Below are positions 50,968-63,631 of a DNA stretch of 64,000 nucleotides, piece by piece. Below the pieces are notes generated by a model. It ran no database searches and was not told the DNA's origin. It saw only the letters and a list, made by a program, of their open reading frames with translations. The stretch lies in contig JBHGNT010000014.1 in assembly GCA_043228905.1 (NCBI GenBank), forward strand, positions 19,902,001 through 19,966,000, read 5' to 3'. The position numbers and the translations under genes were made by a program. This DNA comes from Azolla caroliniana. Its lineage: Eukaryota; Plantae; Polypodiophyta. Position 1 is the stretch's first letter; every line of letters begins with the position of its first letter.

Positions 50968-51170
50968 GGCATGGCATGAGATGGGATGGGATGGGATAGG
51001 ATGGCATGGCATGGGATATGATGGAATGGAATGGCATAGGATGGCATAGCATGCCATGGCATGGGATATGATGGAATGGAATGGCATGGCATGGGATAGG
51101 ATGGCATTGCATGGAATGGGATGGGATGGGATGGGATGGGTTGGGTTGGGATGGCATGGCAGGGGATGGG
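50968..51170. repeat. Pentamer satellite (GGATG/GCATG/GAATG)n with a G-quadruplex-capable end
   Basis: About 40 pentamer units. A 50-bp higher-order repeat starts at 51013 and 51063. GGGATGGGATGGGATGGGATGGGTTGGGTTGGG at 51118-51150. Confidence 0.9.
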
Positions 51171-51179
51171 CAAAGAGAT

Positions 51180-51620
51180 ATCTCAAATATTTGTGAAATT
51201 CCTAGCCCCTCTGGAGCATCATGATATCGAGAAATCTTCCACACCCACGCTAAACTCTCTTTACACTAGATATAGAAGTGTTCATACATTACCACTGTTG
51301 TCATTACAATTTTCAAGAGTGCGGAAGGAAGTCCAACCAGTATGGGAGATATTGAGTCAAACCATTGTATATTACATCTGGAAGGCTCGGTGCTCTCTTG
51401 TTTTCCATCAACTTAAAACACCAGCAGTTGAAGTGGTTTCAAAAATTTGGTTACACATAGTTCATACTTTGAAGGGTCAATTGGGATGGTATAGTTGGAG
51501 ATTCGAAGGCTAAAATCGCTCAATGGCATGAGTTTCTTATTATCTGGTCAACTACTCCATTCGTGACAGCCAATTACAACACTCATTGGCATTTTCAACC
51601 GCCGAAATGGTTGATCACAT
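51180..51620 (+). mobile_element. L1-type LINE 3' fragment
   Basis: WEILSQTIVYYIWKARCSLVF..IWLHIVHTLKGQ is a typical plant L1 ORF2 C-terminus. Confidence 0.7.
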
Positions 51621-53580
51621 AAAGGTTTAAAATCTTGTAAAATGTTTATACTAATGACAGGATATATTTTCTTCTTCTTTTTAAAAAAAGAAGCTCTATT
51701 TACACTTGAATTGATCCCATTTCTCCCGTAGTACTCTAACGGACAAGCGTATGCATAATGACAAATGTCATTGAAGCTTGACTGTTGTTGAAGCCTTAAA
51801 TGATACACATCCCTGGCACTTATATTGAACTCACTTGTGCATGGCTTAAAATACAAGAAGTGTGATTATATGTAATGGAAGAGTTAATGGGGGATGAATC
51901 TCACCTAATTCACATGTACTAAGCATATGATGTGATTCATGAAATTATGGCTTTGTTTAGTGAGCTAAGGTATTATGGCTTTGTTTAGTGAGTATGAAAT
52001 TATGGCTCAAAAAATATCATAAAGATTTTCCACAAACTAGCAATTCCCTTTCGTAGGAAGGAGACACATACAAGATTGATGTCTATTTTGATCCCATGGG
52101 TCAAATTTGGCCTCCTCATGGACAAAAAAAATTATAATTCTAGTTCCTTCTACAAAATCCCATTAGTAGGTGGGTGATGTTATGACTTCATTATACTAGA
52201 TTGAAAGACATTGACTTATGTGAAGACTCAAATGAGTTGAAAGAAGTACTTTGAAGATATAACTATGTGTTTCCCAACGGCATTGGAATCTAATGTTCAT
52301 GTCGAGGTTAGCAACCATCGTATGAGTTTCTTGTTATTGCAAATATGTGGATAGAGGGCTAGTACATTGTTCACTCAACATAAGCTAAAGTCTTTCCAAT
52401 AAGAGGCCAAGAGAGGTTTAGTTTGTGCTAGACCATATTTGACTTCACCTTGGTAGAAAGACAATTATTAGCAAATTGGACAAATCGTTCAACTCCCTCA
52501 AGATTGTAGACGAGATGTCTGTACTTTAAAGTCTAAAACGTGCCAACCCATGGCGTAGAATAATATTGTCTTCATATTGGTTGAGAGAAGAATACCTCAT
52601 GAATGGAGTTCCAAAGTATGTAGAGTTGAAACTTTGAGGGAATCCGAAGTTGATTGATGTGTTCAAATACTCTAGAATATTACTAAATAATAGATCTCAG
52701 AAGTCAAATGATTGTTGAGATGGCTAATGTAGAATCAAAGGAGCAAAACTACATATTTCTATTATAAATAAATATAGAACACGGTAAGTACATAAAATAA
52801 AACCTAGATAACGAAAGTAAAGAACATATGCAAAACCGTAACATGTACTGTCTTAAACAAATCAATAGCGAGAAGATTAAAAAACAATGAGAAATATACA
52901 TAAAACAAAATAATAATAAACACCATCTTAGAAAATGCGCCCCTTTGAAACATTACAAGTAAATTAAGTAGAGATGGAAAACATTCCATATTAATGGCCC
53001 TTGAAAAAATTGTGCCGAAGGAAGGCGATCTTATAAGTGTGGATACAACATGTTTTTGATTGGGTTAACCAAGGTAAAGTCTATTGTACGACAATGTGGC
53101 TCATGTAGGAAAACCCTAACAACAAGCCATGGCAAGAGCGAGAGAAAACCTACATTGCTACTTATATGCACATCATCAGCACCATCTTATTTTGCTTCAA
53201 ATTTATTATTATTTTCCTTAAAAGAAGGTGCAACATGTTAGCTCGTTGTAGTGGGGTTGCCGACCAAAGTTAGCCGAAAGAAAGAAAGAAAGAAGAGAAA
53301 TATTAACATCTTCTAAGACCAAATCTAGCCCATGAGACAAATGGTTACAAAAATGGTATGTGTACCCAACAAAGAGATGCGTATGAGCTTGATAGAGACA
53401 ACATGAACTTGTGGGCCAAATCATTCAACCAAAGACTCCATATTAGTAGGTCAACGAAGATTGAGTAGACGTTTTGTTGGCCGAACCCGCCAGCCAGATT
53501 GTTCCACCAAAGACCCCATATAATTAGGTCGACTGAGGCGAAGTGGATGTGTTGCCAACCCACTTAACAAACGGTGTGAA

Positions 53581-53616
<36 letters not shown>

Positions 53617-53618
<2 letters not shown>

Positions 53619-54380
53619 GGTGGTCGAGGAACCATGGAAAGATTGGTCATTTGGTAATGGGAAATCGATTTATGTGGTGCACGCTAATGATGTGTACCAT
53701 AAGTTGGTTGAAGGTAGAGCTTGGTTAGAAAATAAGGTGTTGGATACATTGAGCATTACTAGAAATGTAAAGTGGTGGCGTAGAGTTTTAGATGCATGGT
53801 GGCAGTCTCATCTTCCATTCTGTGCAAAGGTGTTTCTTGGGCATGCCATAGTTGGTGGGTTGCCTTTGGCAATGGCCTTAAAACAAAGACATATTTCGAA
53901 TGGGACATGTTTTTTCTGTACGGTGTTTGAAGAAGATGCCAGACATAGGTTCATTACATGTTCAGTTGCTAAGGCCATTTGGGCGATTATGTAAAAAATT
54001 TGGGCATCTATAACAGGGAATATTTTGTTACCTTATAAATGGGTTTTTATGGATGAGGATAAAGTTATGCCCACACCATCATATAAGGTGGTTTTTGATT
54101 ACCTTAGATATTGGGGGATGTGGTTTGATTGGACCATGAGAAATGAGTTCTTGTTTGGTGGACTTCATGGGATAATACAACAAATCCGTAGGATGAAAGG
54201 GAAATTGATTTGGCAAATTTCACAACTATGTTGTATGTGGATCTTGTCCCAGGAAGAGATAGACTTATGTCATCTAGTTTTACAACACTTGAGAGGGTTT
54301 CCCTTGCACTATCACTATTTATGAAGTAGCGAAGATAGCAAGGGGTATATTATCATTTTGTTTTAATAACAAACATTGAT
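53617..54380 (+). mobile_element. L1-type LINE 3' fragment (zf-RVT)
   Basis: KVFLGHAIVGGLPL...CFFC...EDARHRFITCSVAKAIW (CxxC..E...H....C), then WTMRNEFLFGG. Flanked by (GA)n. Confidence 0.8.
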
Positions 54381-54393
54381 TTATGAGAGAGAG

Positions 54394-54625
54394 CCCAACG
54401 GATGTAGCTCAGTTGGTAAGGTTGCCCACTGGAGACTAGGTGGTCATGGGTTCAACCCCTACATTCTACAGTGGCATCTAGTGAATATATCTCTGGCATC
54501 TAGTGAATTAAGAGATATATATGAAGTATATAATAGAGAGAAGTGAGAAAATTGGGTTTTGAACCCAAAACGTAGTGCTTGTAGTGTTAACAACATACCA
54601 CTAGGGTAAGCTACAATAAAAAGAG
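54394..54625 (+). mobile_element. tRNA-derived SINE
   Basis: A box TAGCTCAGTTGG (~54405-54416) and B box GGTTCAACCCC (~54449-54459). A-rich end at ~54614-54625. Inserted in a GA run. Confidence 0.7.
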
Positions 54626-54811
54626 AAAGAGAGAGAGACACAGACACTCTCTCTATTTGTCACTTATTGAGATGCCGAGAAGTCGATGCCGATCCGACCA
54701 TAGGAGACATACATACATACAAATGTATGTATGTATGTAATGTGTCTCTACAAAACTACTATTTCTCATTCATTGCAGAACTAACAAGAACCAAATCCTC
54801 ATAGCTCCCGG

Positions 54812-56224
54812 ATGATTGGGCTTGGGTCTTCCTGTCTGCTTCCACAGCCAAGCTCCTCAAGATTGTCTCCCCCTCAGGTTCCAACCCAACTCCATTTCCT
54901 TCTTACAACCTGTAAGGATGAGGTGGAGGTGGAGGTGGAGGAATTCCCACATGACAGGATGTCCTTGCTGTCCCTCATCAAATCATGCCGCAAAGGCAAG
55001 AACTTGCAGAAGGCGAGGCGCATCCACGCTTGCATGATCCTCGATCACCGAGACTTCATTGCACGGGATGCCCACATGGCCACTACCCTCATCGCTACAT
55101 ATGCCAAGTGTGGTGCGCTAGAGGAAGCTACACAATTGTTCAACCACCTGACCTTGCGAGATGTCGTGTCTTGGAATGCCCTCATCACCGCCTATGCCCA
55201 GAACGGCCTCTGCTATGAAGCTCTGGAATGCTTCTGAAACATGCCCAGCTTAGGTGTTCGCCCGAGTGCGGTAACTTTCGCTTGCATTTTGAAAGCAAGT
55301 GGCATTGTTGGAACCCTCGAGATTGGGGAAGATGTTGATGCCGAAGTGAGAAGGCAAGGATTGTTGCAAAAAGATGTTGTACTTGGCAATGCATTGGTGG
55401 ACATGTATTCCAAGTGTGGTGTGATGGAGAAAGCACAGGGAGTGTTTGAAGAACTCCCGGTAAAGAATGTTGTGACTTGGAGCTCTTTGATTGCCGGATA
55501 TGTCCAGCTTGGACTTGCCGATGAAGCATTGAAATGCTTTAGACAAATGCAAGATTCTGGGGTGATCCTGGATGAGGTAACATATGTGTATGTTTTGAAA
55601 ACGTGCGGTATGCTTGGGTCTCAAGAAATAGGGGAAGGTATAGATCTCACGGTTAGAAAGCAGGGGTTGTTGCAGAGAAATGTTGTGCTCTGCACTGCAT
55701 TGGTGGATATGTATTCCAAGTGTGGTGCACACGAGAAAGCAAGGAAAATGTTCGAGAAGCTTCCTATGCAGGACATCATATCTTGGAGTGCCTTGATTTC
55801 AGGATATGCCCAGTCAGGTCAAGCAAATACGGTTTTGGACCTTTATAGAAGGATGAGGGGTCAGGGCATTGTGCCGAATGTGGTCACTTTCACTGGATTG
55901 CTCACATCATGAAGTCATTCAGGCCTATTGAAGGAGGGTGAAATACTGTTTGATGAGATGTGTGTTGTCTATGGTCTCGTACCCTCAGTGGAACACTACA
56001 CATGTATGATCGATCTTTTTGGCCGTGCAGGACATTTTGACAATGCAAAAGCCTTGTTGGACAAGATGCCACACCGCCCACTATTCTCAAGTATATTGGG
56101 TGCTTGTAGGAAGTGGAAGAATGTGATCCTTGGAAAATGGGTATTTGAGCAATCAATACGGCTGGATAAAATGTGTGCTGCCACGTATGTTTGTATGGAA
56201 AACATTATTGAGAGTGAAGAATAA
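54812..56224 (+). pseudogene. PLS-class PPR gene (PLS-E type, no DYW) with two in-frame TGA stops
   Basis: One frame throughout, with TGA at 55235-55237 (ECF*NM) and 55910-55912 (LTS*SHSG). Motifs: LIATYAKCGALEEA, DVVSWNALITAYAQNG, NALVDMYSKCG, PSVEHYTCMIDLFGRAG, ILGACRKWKNV. Ends after an E-like motif. Confidence 0.85.
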
Positions 56225-58199
56225 AGCAAACATGAAATACCCGAGGCATTGTCATATGTCAATGAGATTGTAGATGTATTCATCTTTTGTATTTTTCTCA
56301 TACCCATGTATATAGGTAAGCATAATGCCTAGCTGGAAGAGATTTGATCATAACTATCGCAAGAGGGCACAATTTTGCATTGGGTATCAGAAGCCCTTTC
56401 ATATCATTTAAAGGAGAAATTTCTATGTTGCATGTACTTTAAGTAGTACATCTCAAAGGCCAGAAATCATTTCAGATTATAAAAAGGAGAATTCTTTATG
56501 TATATTACATGTACATTGATAATACATTCAGAAGGTTTGTCAAAACACACTTCCAGATTTGTATGACTGCCATTTGTTGCTCTATCGTATATCAATGATA
56601 AAGAAGTGCAGGATTCAGCTGAATGCTGCAAACTGTTGCCACATTTTTGAGGATTGTAGTGATGACAATTGGTTTGTTTTGATATTGTTCGACGTGTCAA
56701 GAGTCATCACTCTGCTGACTCAACGACTTATAGGTTTTTATGAGCAGTGTTTCTGTATGCGATGTGTGCATGGCGTTGGAAGTAAGAACATGAGAAACTT
56801 GTGAACAGCATTCCCCATTTCTATGTGGTAGATTCATCTTTGAAAGGGGAAGGAGATGCTGGATTAATACAAACACTTTACCTAACCATGATCACAATCA
56901 GATTTTCTTCTTGGATTTTCATGTCGCAAAAGTTGCTGAAGCTCCCATATCAACCATATATAGTCATCGCACCTGAAAAATCTATGTTGTACACAACACC
57001 AAACTGAAGGTAGGTAGGCACTAAATATTTTGATATGTACATAACTATAGGTGGAATTCCTATGGGACAGAAAATGATGAACATACACTATGGTTAATTA
57101 TATTTATAGTAGACTTGTTAGCAATTGGATGATAATTGATTACACATGTATATATGATTTGTGAATATGAAAACATCGTCAATGACTAGATTTCACATTG
57201 CAACTCAACCAAGGTATATACGAAACTTGGTTTGCGATGCGTCCTTAGTCTTGGTGGAGAACTTTGTAGTTGCCGAAATATTAGGCCTAGTGTGGACACA
57301 CAATATTCAAGCTCACACATGAACAATACCCCAGTCTCTCCAAAATCTCTCTTATATAATTAATGCAAACACCAATGTCTTACTAATCATTATCATTTTG
57401 GTTCTTATGTGCCTTACATTCTTAATCTCTTTATATGTGAAATGTGCTAATTTGATTTGTTCATGTGGACCAAACATCATATCAAATGCTGTATATATAC
57501 TGATTCAGCACAGTTATAAATAAATGTTCTAATGACTACCTTGTTGCAATGAACATACTCAAAGTCATTAGACATGAGGTAATTACTCCATGGGTGTGTA
57601 TACTTCTTCATGTGTTCACACCTTGTCGTGTGTATGGTTCTCCATCAGCTTGTGACAATGCACATGTCTCTCGTAGAATAGTATTGAGTCTTGATTACAA
57701 ACATTCAATGGTGGAACCCATCGGATCATCTCCCTTGACACATGCATTTACGTAATATGTTTGACCTTGTATTAAGGCATATGTTTTGGATGGTTACGGG
57801 TCTCTTCGTGCTACATGGGAGATCTTGTTCACGTGTGGGAGAGAAATCATCCACAAACACCAATTACTGTATTACAACCCACAAAAAGATGAGATCGATG
57901 GATGCATTTTCCGGAGACCAGATTTCTAGTGCCACACATTTTCTACATCTCTAGGGCTCATCTTCCCCAATGATTTGCTTGGACTCAGTTTTTGTATTAG
58001 TCTGAGATGACTTTGGAGACTCTGGACAGTTTTGTAAGATTGATTGGCACATATACATATGAACAAAGAACAGAGTCTTTTGAAAAGCGCAACCCCCCCC
58101 ACAAAAACAGGGAGGGAGTACCACGCAGGTCGGCGCAAAATCGGAGGGATCCCCATCCATTCAACCTTCGATCCTCCATTCTCTGTTCTGATCGGCAGC

Positions 58200-61100
58200 A
58201 TGAACACCGGGCATTCTGGTTTCCGTGAGTTTCTTTCTTCCTCCTGTCTTCCTAATCACGGAACCCAGAAGTTAAATGAAGTCCTGTTTTCTGGTCCTGC
58301 TTCCTTTCTTCTTTGTTAATAATCTCAGCCGCAAGTGTTGTACATCTGTAAGGCTCTGATGCCTCTGATGAAATTATTGGAAAGAGATAGATAGATAGAT
58401 TCTATTATCATCCTCAGAGGTCAAATATGAACGATGGAACCAAAAGTTAAACATTTTAGTAATTGGAGTTAAGGAGTGACTATCATCGTCCAAGGATTTT
58501 TCTAATGAGCATTGCAATGGAAAGTGCACATTGAGACAGAGAGCAATGTGTGTAGGGAAAAGCATAACCAGGTGAGAAAGATAGAAAGATCGTGGAGACC
58601 GAATATGATTTTATGTTATGATGCCATGTCCATGGGGAGGATTGAACTTGGGATCTCAGGATTTTTATGCCTTTGATGTCACTATGCAAACCTCCTAATT
58701 AATAGCTGGAGAGAGATGACCATCCAAGATCACAAACAATACAAAGCTAGCAATTGCCCCTCTTATATCCATTTCAATTTCCTTGTCTCTATGATCAAAT
58801 AGCTGTGCACAAAACGGTACACAAATATTTACAGTCACATGAACCCTTCGGGATTCTCTGTGGACTCTGTCAATTAAAAAACAAGGAAATGCCATATAGG
58901 CAATGGGATGTACGGCATGAAGTGATGAATTACAAAATTTCCTCTGCATGTGGCAACTATCTAGAATAGTGATGAACCCTTCAACTGGCGAATGTGCCCA
59001 AAAATGGTAAGTTGTGCATAAAGTGGGAATGCGTTTCACATCTACCAATATCAAAGGAGATTCTAAGTTAATCTATATCCTTGAGGTGTTACCAAATTAC
59101 TTCCAATATCAAAGGATATTATAAGCTAAGCTATATCTGTAGGATGCTACCAAATTTCTCCCTTGTGCAAACACTCATCGGTCTGGAGACAAAGAAAGAA
59201 CTGCTCATATATGCTGAGGTATTGGACAGTGAAGAAACCTGTGAATACTATCTTCCTAAGAGACCCCACAGAAATAGCCAATACCATTGAATGTGTGGAT
59301 TTTCTAAAGGAGCTGCCATTTTGGGCAACCACTGGCAATAACTTACCAGTTGAACACATTAACATCACTACGAGGAATCCATTTTCCTCATTTTCCCATA
59401 CTTTTGTCACCTGCCAATGCAAAGAAGCAATGCCACATATGAACCCACGGGAAAATAAAGCACTAGTTATAGCTTCAGAATCAATCATCCCAGAATATTT
59501 CCCATCACCAATTGGCATCCATCTTCCTCGTTTTTCCATTCTTTTCTGATCTTTCCATCCAAACGACCAAAGCTACATATGAGCCTATGGTAAAATATCA
59601 GTACTGGAATATTCTGATTAGTCATCCCAAAATATTCTGATTTTATAAAGGACATATGATTCTACAAAAAAAGAAACCTTGAAATCTGGCTTTTGCTTGC
59701 TTTACCCATGGTGCACTGGTGCATTATCTGATCTTCTATATCAATCTAGATTTTGTGAAACATGAAACTTCATGGATTTTTATCCCTTATCATTAACACG
59801 TATCTTCTACTTTTTGCTGATAGACAATGCCCCCGTGTCAAAGGTGTTAGTTATGGCATGCAGCATTGCATCACTATTGGCTGGCACACGAGCAGCCAAG
59901 GGTTGCAGTCTTTCTTACCAGGCCAGTAAGCAAAATTTGCATGTCTTTTGTTTTTAGGTGTTATCTGATGCAAGTGAATCTTATCATGAAAAATTACTTT
60001 TGTTCTTCTTTTGTTGCATTATTTAATAAAGTATTTGATTTATTTTTAGCCTGGATTTCGTGAATTAAGAAGATATTGTAAAGCCAGTGTGAAATGGCTG
60101 AGAGACAATTGCCCATAGTCTGACAGGATAAGTGGGCTAAGATAAATGTTTTCTGAACTGGCAGTATGAGCATTATTCAAACAAAAATCCTTTGAGTAGA
60201 ACCCCAAATTTAGCTTCATAGCTAATGGAGAGTTATTTTACAGCGCTAAATCCTGCTGGTGCAATAGCTGATTTGATCTCTTTTTCTATTTTTTTCAGTG
60301 GAGAGTCCCTTGAAAGATCTATATTCAGGTTTTAGCTGCTAAATAGACTTAAATCTCTGGCAGTGTTTTTAGGTGTCAAGCCTTATCTTATTGTATCCTC
60401 TTCCTTTTAATCTTCAAGTTCTATCTAAAAGAAATTCTGAAAGTGATGCCATTTTCGGAACCAGCAAAGTGTCAATATCCTTTTCCAGGAGCAATCTAGC
60501 ATCATGGATGTGAAATTAATCCTTAGCGAGTCCAAAATCTGACGGAGGTCTTTATTTGATTGGGATTTCCTTCATGGTACTCTTGTAGGACTTGGTTTTC
60601 CTGAGAAATGGGTGGTAGGAGTCTCCTCTTTGTACAAATCAGTATACAGTTCAATTTTGTTGGGAGGGGTTAAAGGTGACGTGCATCAAATTTCCCGATG
60701 TGTAAAATAGGGTTTTTCTGTTTTTCACTGAAGCTATGAGTTTGTTTTGGGTTGTTGAGGATGTTGGCTTGAAAGGAATAGCTATGCCCCTTTATGGGAA
60801 AAATGTTATGGATGTGGAATTTGCTGATGCTACAGTTTTGTATCTAGATGGTCAGCTTATTAATCTGTAGCAAATGTACACAGCATTGCAAACGTTTTGT
60901 ATGGCTGCAGCTTATTAATCAGTGGTTTTTGGGTGGCACCTGAGAGAATTAGGAAAAAATTGATATTTTGGAGTAAAGCTAAATTATCTTTTGCGGGCAA
61001 AGTGGTAGTAGTTTATCAAGTTCTTCTATCTAGTCTTTGGTATATTATGTCATGCTGGAGTTTTTCCAGATCATGTTTGGAATTATTTGTGACTTGGCAA

Positions 61101-63631
61101 TGAACGAAGTCATGCAAGGGCAAAGGTTTCTTGGGCCACAATTGTTCAGCTGTCGCATCAGGGAGGATTAGTAATTGTTGATCCATTACACCAGTCAAAA
61201 GCTTTGCTTGTGAAATTGGTGATTTGGGGATTGCCACCGGAACCAGAACCAGAACCAAGGAAACAAATGTTGATGTACAAATTGCAAAGTCTTTGTCCCA
61301 AAACTGGTGGCGTTTGGAAGTCCAATATTTGATTACAAGTCTGCTATTTCTACAAAATGGGAAGACAGCTTTATTCGATCTGTTCTTAATTCATGGAAGG
61401 ATGTCTCTCTGGATTTAGTTAAGAGATCTCCAAAAACAGAAGCTGAATTTTGTAGACAACCCTTGCTAAGCATGTTTGTGGAGTTGTGATTTTGCGATGG
61501 AAATATGGAAAGGAATCGTAACACTATAAATACTAGTATATCCTCGAGTGGGTTATACATGGGGCTGGTATTATGGGCTGTGCTACAAGGTCAAACCGAT
61601 GTTATATGAACAAGAGGATGTTGCAGATGCTCGTTCTATGAGACATGGTCTGATGCAAAAAACAATTATACCCTTGAATCCACAAATAGAGACTGGTAAA
61701 CCTGAAATATGGCAATTGGTAACTAGTATCATTATTTGGTATATTTGGAAGGCCAGATGTTTTAAAGGTATTCCAAAATGTGACCGAAAACCCTGCCCAG
61801 ATAATTATTGGGATTTGAACGGAGATTGCTTATAGTTTTTTTGGATAGCATAAAAGGTAATATTCAACAGGAAGAGTTACAAAGATAGGAGTTCATGTTA
61901 TGGGACAAAAGAATATATTATAGGCAGGTTTTTGACCAGGTGAAATGGTTTTACTCTACACCAAAGTATTTATCTAAGTCGACAGTTAGAATTTAACATG
62001 GGGGTAATTAATCCATATGTACATATTTCATGTACAGCCTTAGGGCGTTTCTTGTACTAATGTAGTATTTTTGTTTTGGGAAAATAAAAATTAAATTAGC
62101 TAAACTGGTTGTCCAATTGGCATTTTACTGCCCTCTGGAAGATCCACAGCCCTGTTTAAGTAAGTGGCAATTTTTTATTTTGTTTTGAAGAATCTGGAAA
62201 CTGATGGCTCTGTTCCCAATAAATCCAGGCAATAGTCGAGAAATATCAGTTTTGGCGAGTTCTCACATCATCTTGCGTTTTTGCATCAACACCTGAACTT
62301 ATATTCGGTCTTTTTCTTATCTATTACTTCCGCATATTTGAGAGACAAATTGGCTCCAATAAATATGCTGTACGTCTGTTGATAATTTGCGATTTGTATA
62401 TTCTTTCCCTTCTTGAAGTTAGTTATTGATACTTATTTTGCTCCAGGTGTTCTTGACATTCTCTACAATCCTGAGTACAATACTTAATTTAGTGGCTATT
62501 TATTGTTTAAAAGGTATCTGCTGTAAGTTTTTCTAAGCATGTGTGTTCTTCATGAATAAAGTAATGATCAAACAAAACCTTTGTAAAAACATGAAATTTT
62601 TCTCTAGAAATAGCTATAGTTTGAATTTTATATTCTATGTCCGTCTTCTTTAGTTCCGTCGTTTTACAAAGATTTATTCTTCAGATCATTCTCCTTTGGG
62701 ATTGTCCCCTGGGCCATATGGGCTCGTATTTGCTTCATTTATTCAGTTCTATTTTGATATTCCCACGACAACTCACTTCCGAGTATTTGGAGCTAACCTT
62801 TCAGACAAGTCATTTGTTTATCTCGCTGGATTACAGGTACCAAGATAGCTTATACACATTATGATCTCACATTGACATCTTTTTTTATGTCTGCTAAATG
62901 ATTGCCATTTCCTTGCAGCTTTTAGTTTCTTCATGGAAACGGACGTTGATACCTGGTATGTGCGGATTTCTGGCTGGGGCTGTTTATCACATGAATGTGC
63001 TCAAGATTCGACGTGTCAAAGTAAATCTTTTTGAAATGTTAAATCTCTCTTATCAAATGTGTACATGTGTGTATGTATGTAATGTCTTATTTTGTGATTT
63101 TTCACCTTACATTGTGGTTTTCCACCAGCATATTATGTATGGTAAATAAAGCGTGCCTATGTACACACGTACTCATGGTAAAAAGGGGAACAAAAAGAAT
63201 TGGAATGGAATCTTCCTCTCATTCATATGTTGGTTTTAACAGTTCCCTGAAGCATTGGCTTCAGCTATGGGCCGTGCTTTCGGAGCATTGTTTCAAAGAG
63301 TACAGTCTCCAGCTTCAAGGGAAAATTCTAGAAGCTCTCAAAATGCACAGGTTATCAGTGGATTGCAGGTTTCGATTCTTTGTAGATGTATCATCACTCA
63401 TGCCCTTTGTACTTCTATTTACTGATTTTGACTTGGTTTTGTGGCCGAGCAAAGCAGGGACACGTACCCCCATTGATTCCCTCAGTACCTGTCTCGCTTC
63501 CACCCCCGGAAGAATCTGTTGCCATGCTGGTATCTATGGGGTTTGATAGAAATAGAGCTGTACAAGCGCTTACAGAGGCCCGAAATGATGTAACAAGAGC
63601 AACAAATCTTTTAGTTGAGGGTCAAGCATGA
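58200..63631 (+). CDS. Rhomboid-like pseudoprotease with C-terminal UBA domain (UBAC2/Dsc2-like; plant RBL18/RBL20 type)
   Basis: 8 exons: 58200-58224, 59824-59921 (or 59925), 62229 (or 62236)-62369, 62447-62513, 62685-62836, 62919-63020, 63243-63368, 63458 (or 63455)-63631. Motifs: [15 protein letters not shown]; [15 protein letters not shown]; [11 protein letters not shown]; [13 protein letters not shown]; [32 protein letters not shown]. Confidence 0.92.
60500..62095 (+). mobile_element. Degenerate, internally deleted L1-type LINE in intron 2 of the rhomboid-like gene
   Basis: [19 protein letters not shown] (RT), [31 protein letters not shown]-rich tail at ~62081-62095. Confidence 0.8.

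Noticed and set aside
50766-51244. His/Pro/Cys-rich ORFs resembling metal-binding peptides
   Set aside because: Translations of the pentamer satellite in all three frames.
53236-53569. TGTTAG...TTAACA solo-LTR candidate
   Set aside because: No clean TSD, so support is insufficient.
54400-54470. Functional tRNA gene
   Set aside because: A/B boxes are present but there is no proper anticodon or acceptor stem, and it continues into a SINE-like body and tail.
10028-63631. Functional gene cluster linking the six genes (e.g. lipid-binding START factor with a sphingolipid enzyme)
   Set aside because: The functions are unrelated, the genes are separated by TE blocks and no shared pathway is evident. 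This looks like an ordinary eukaryotic neighbourhood.
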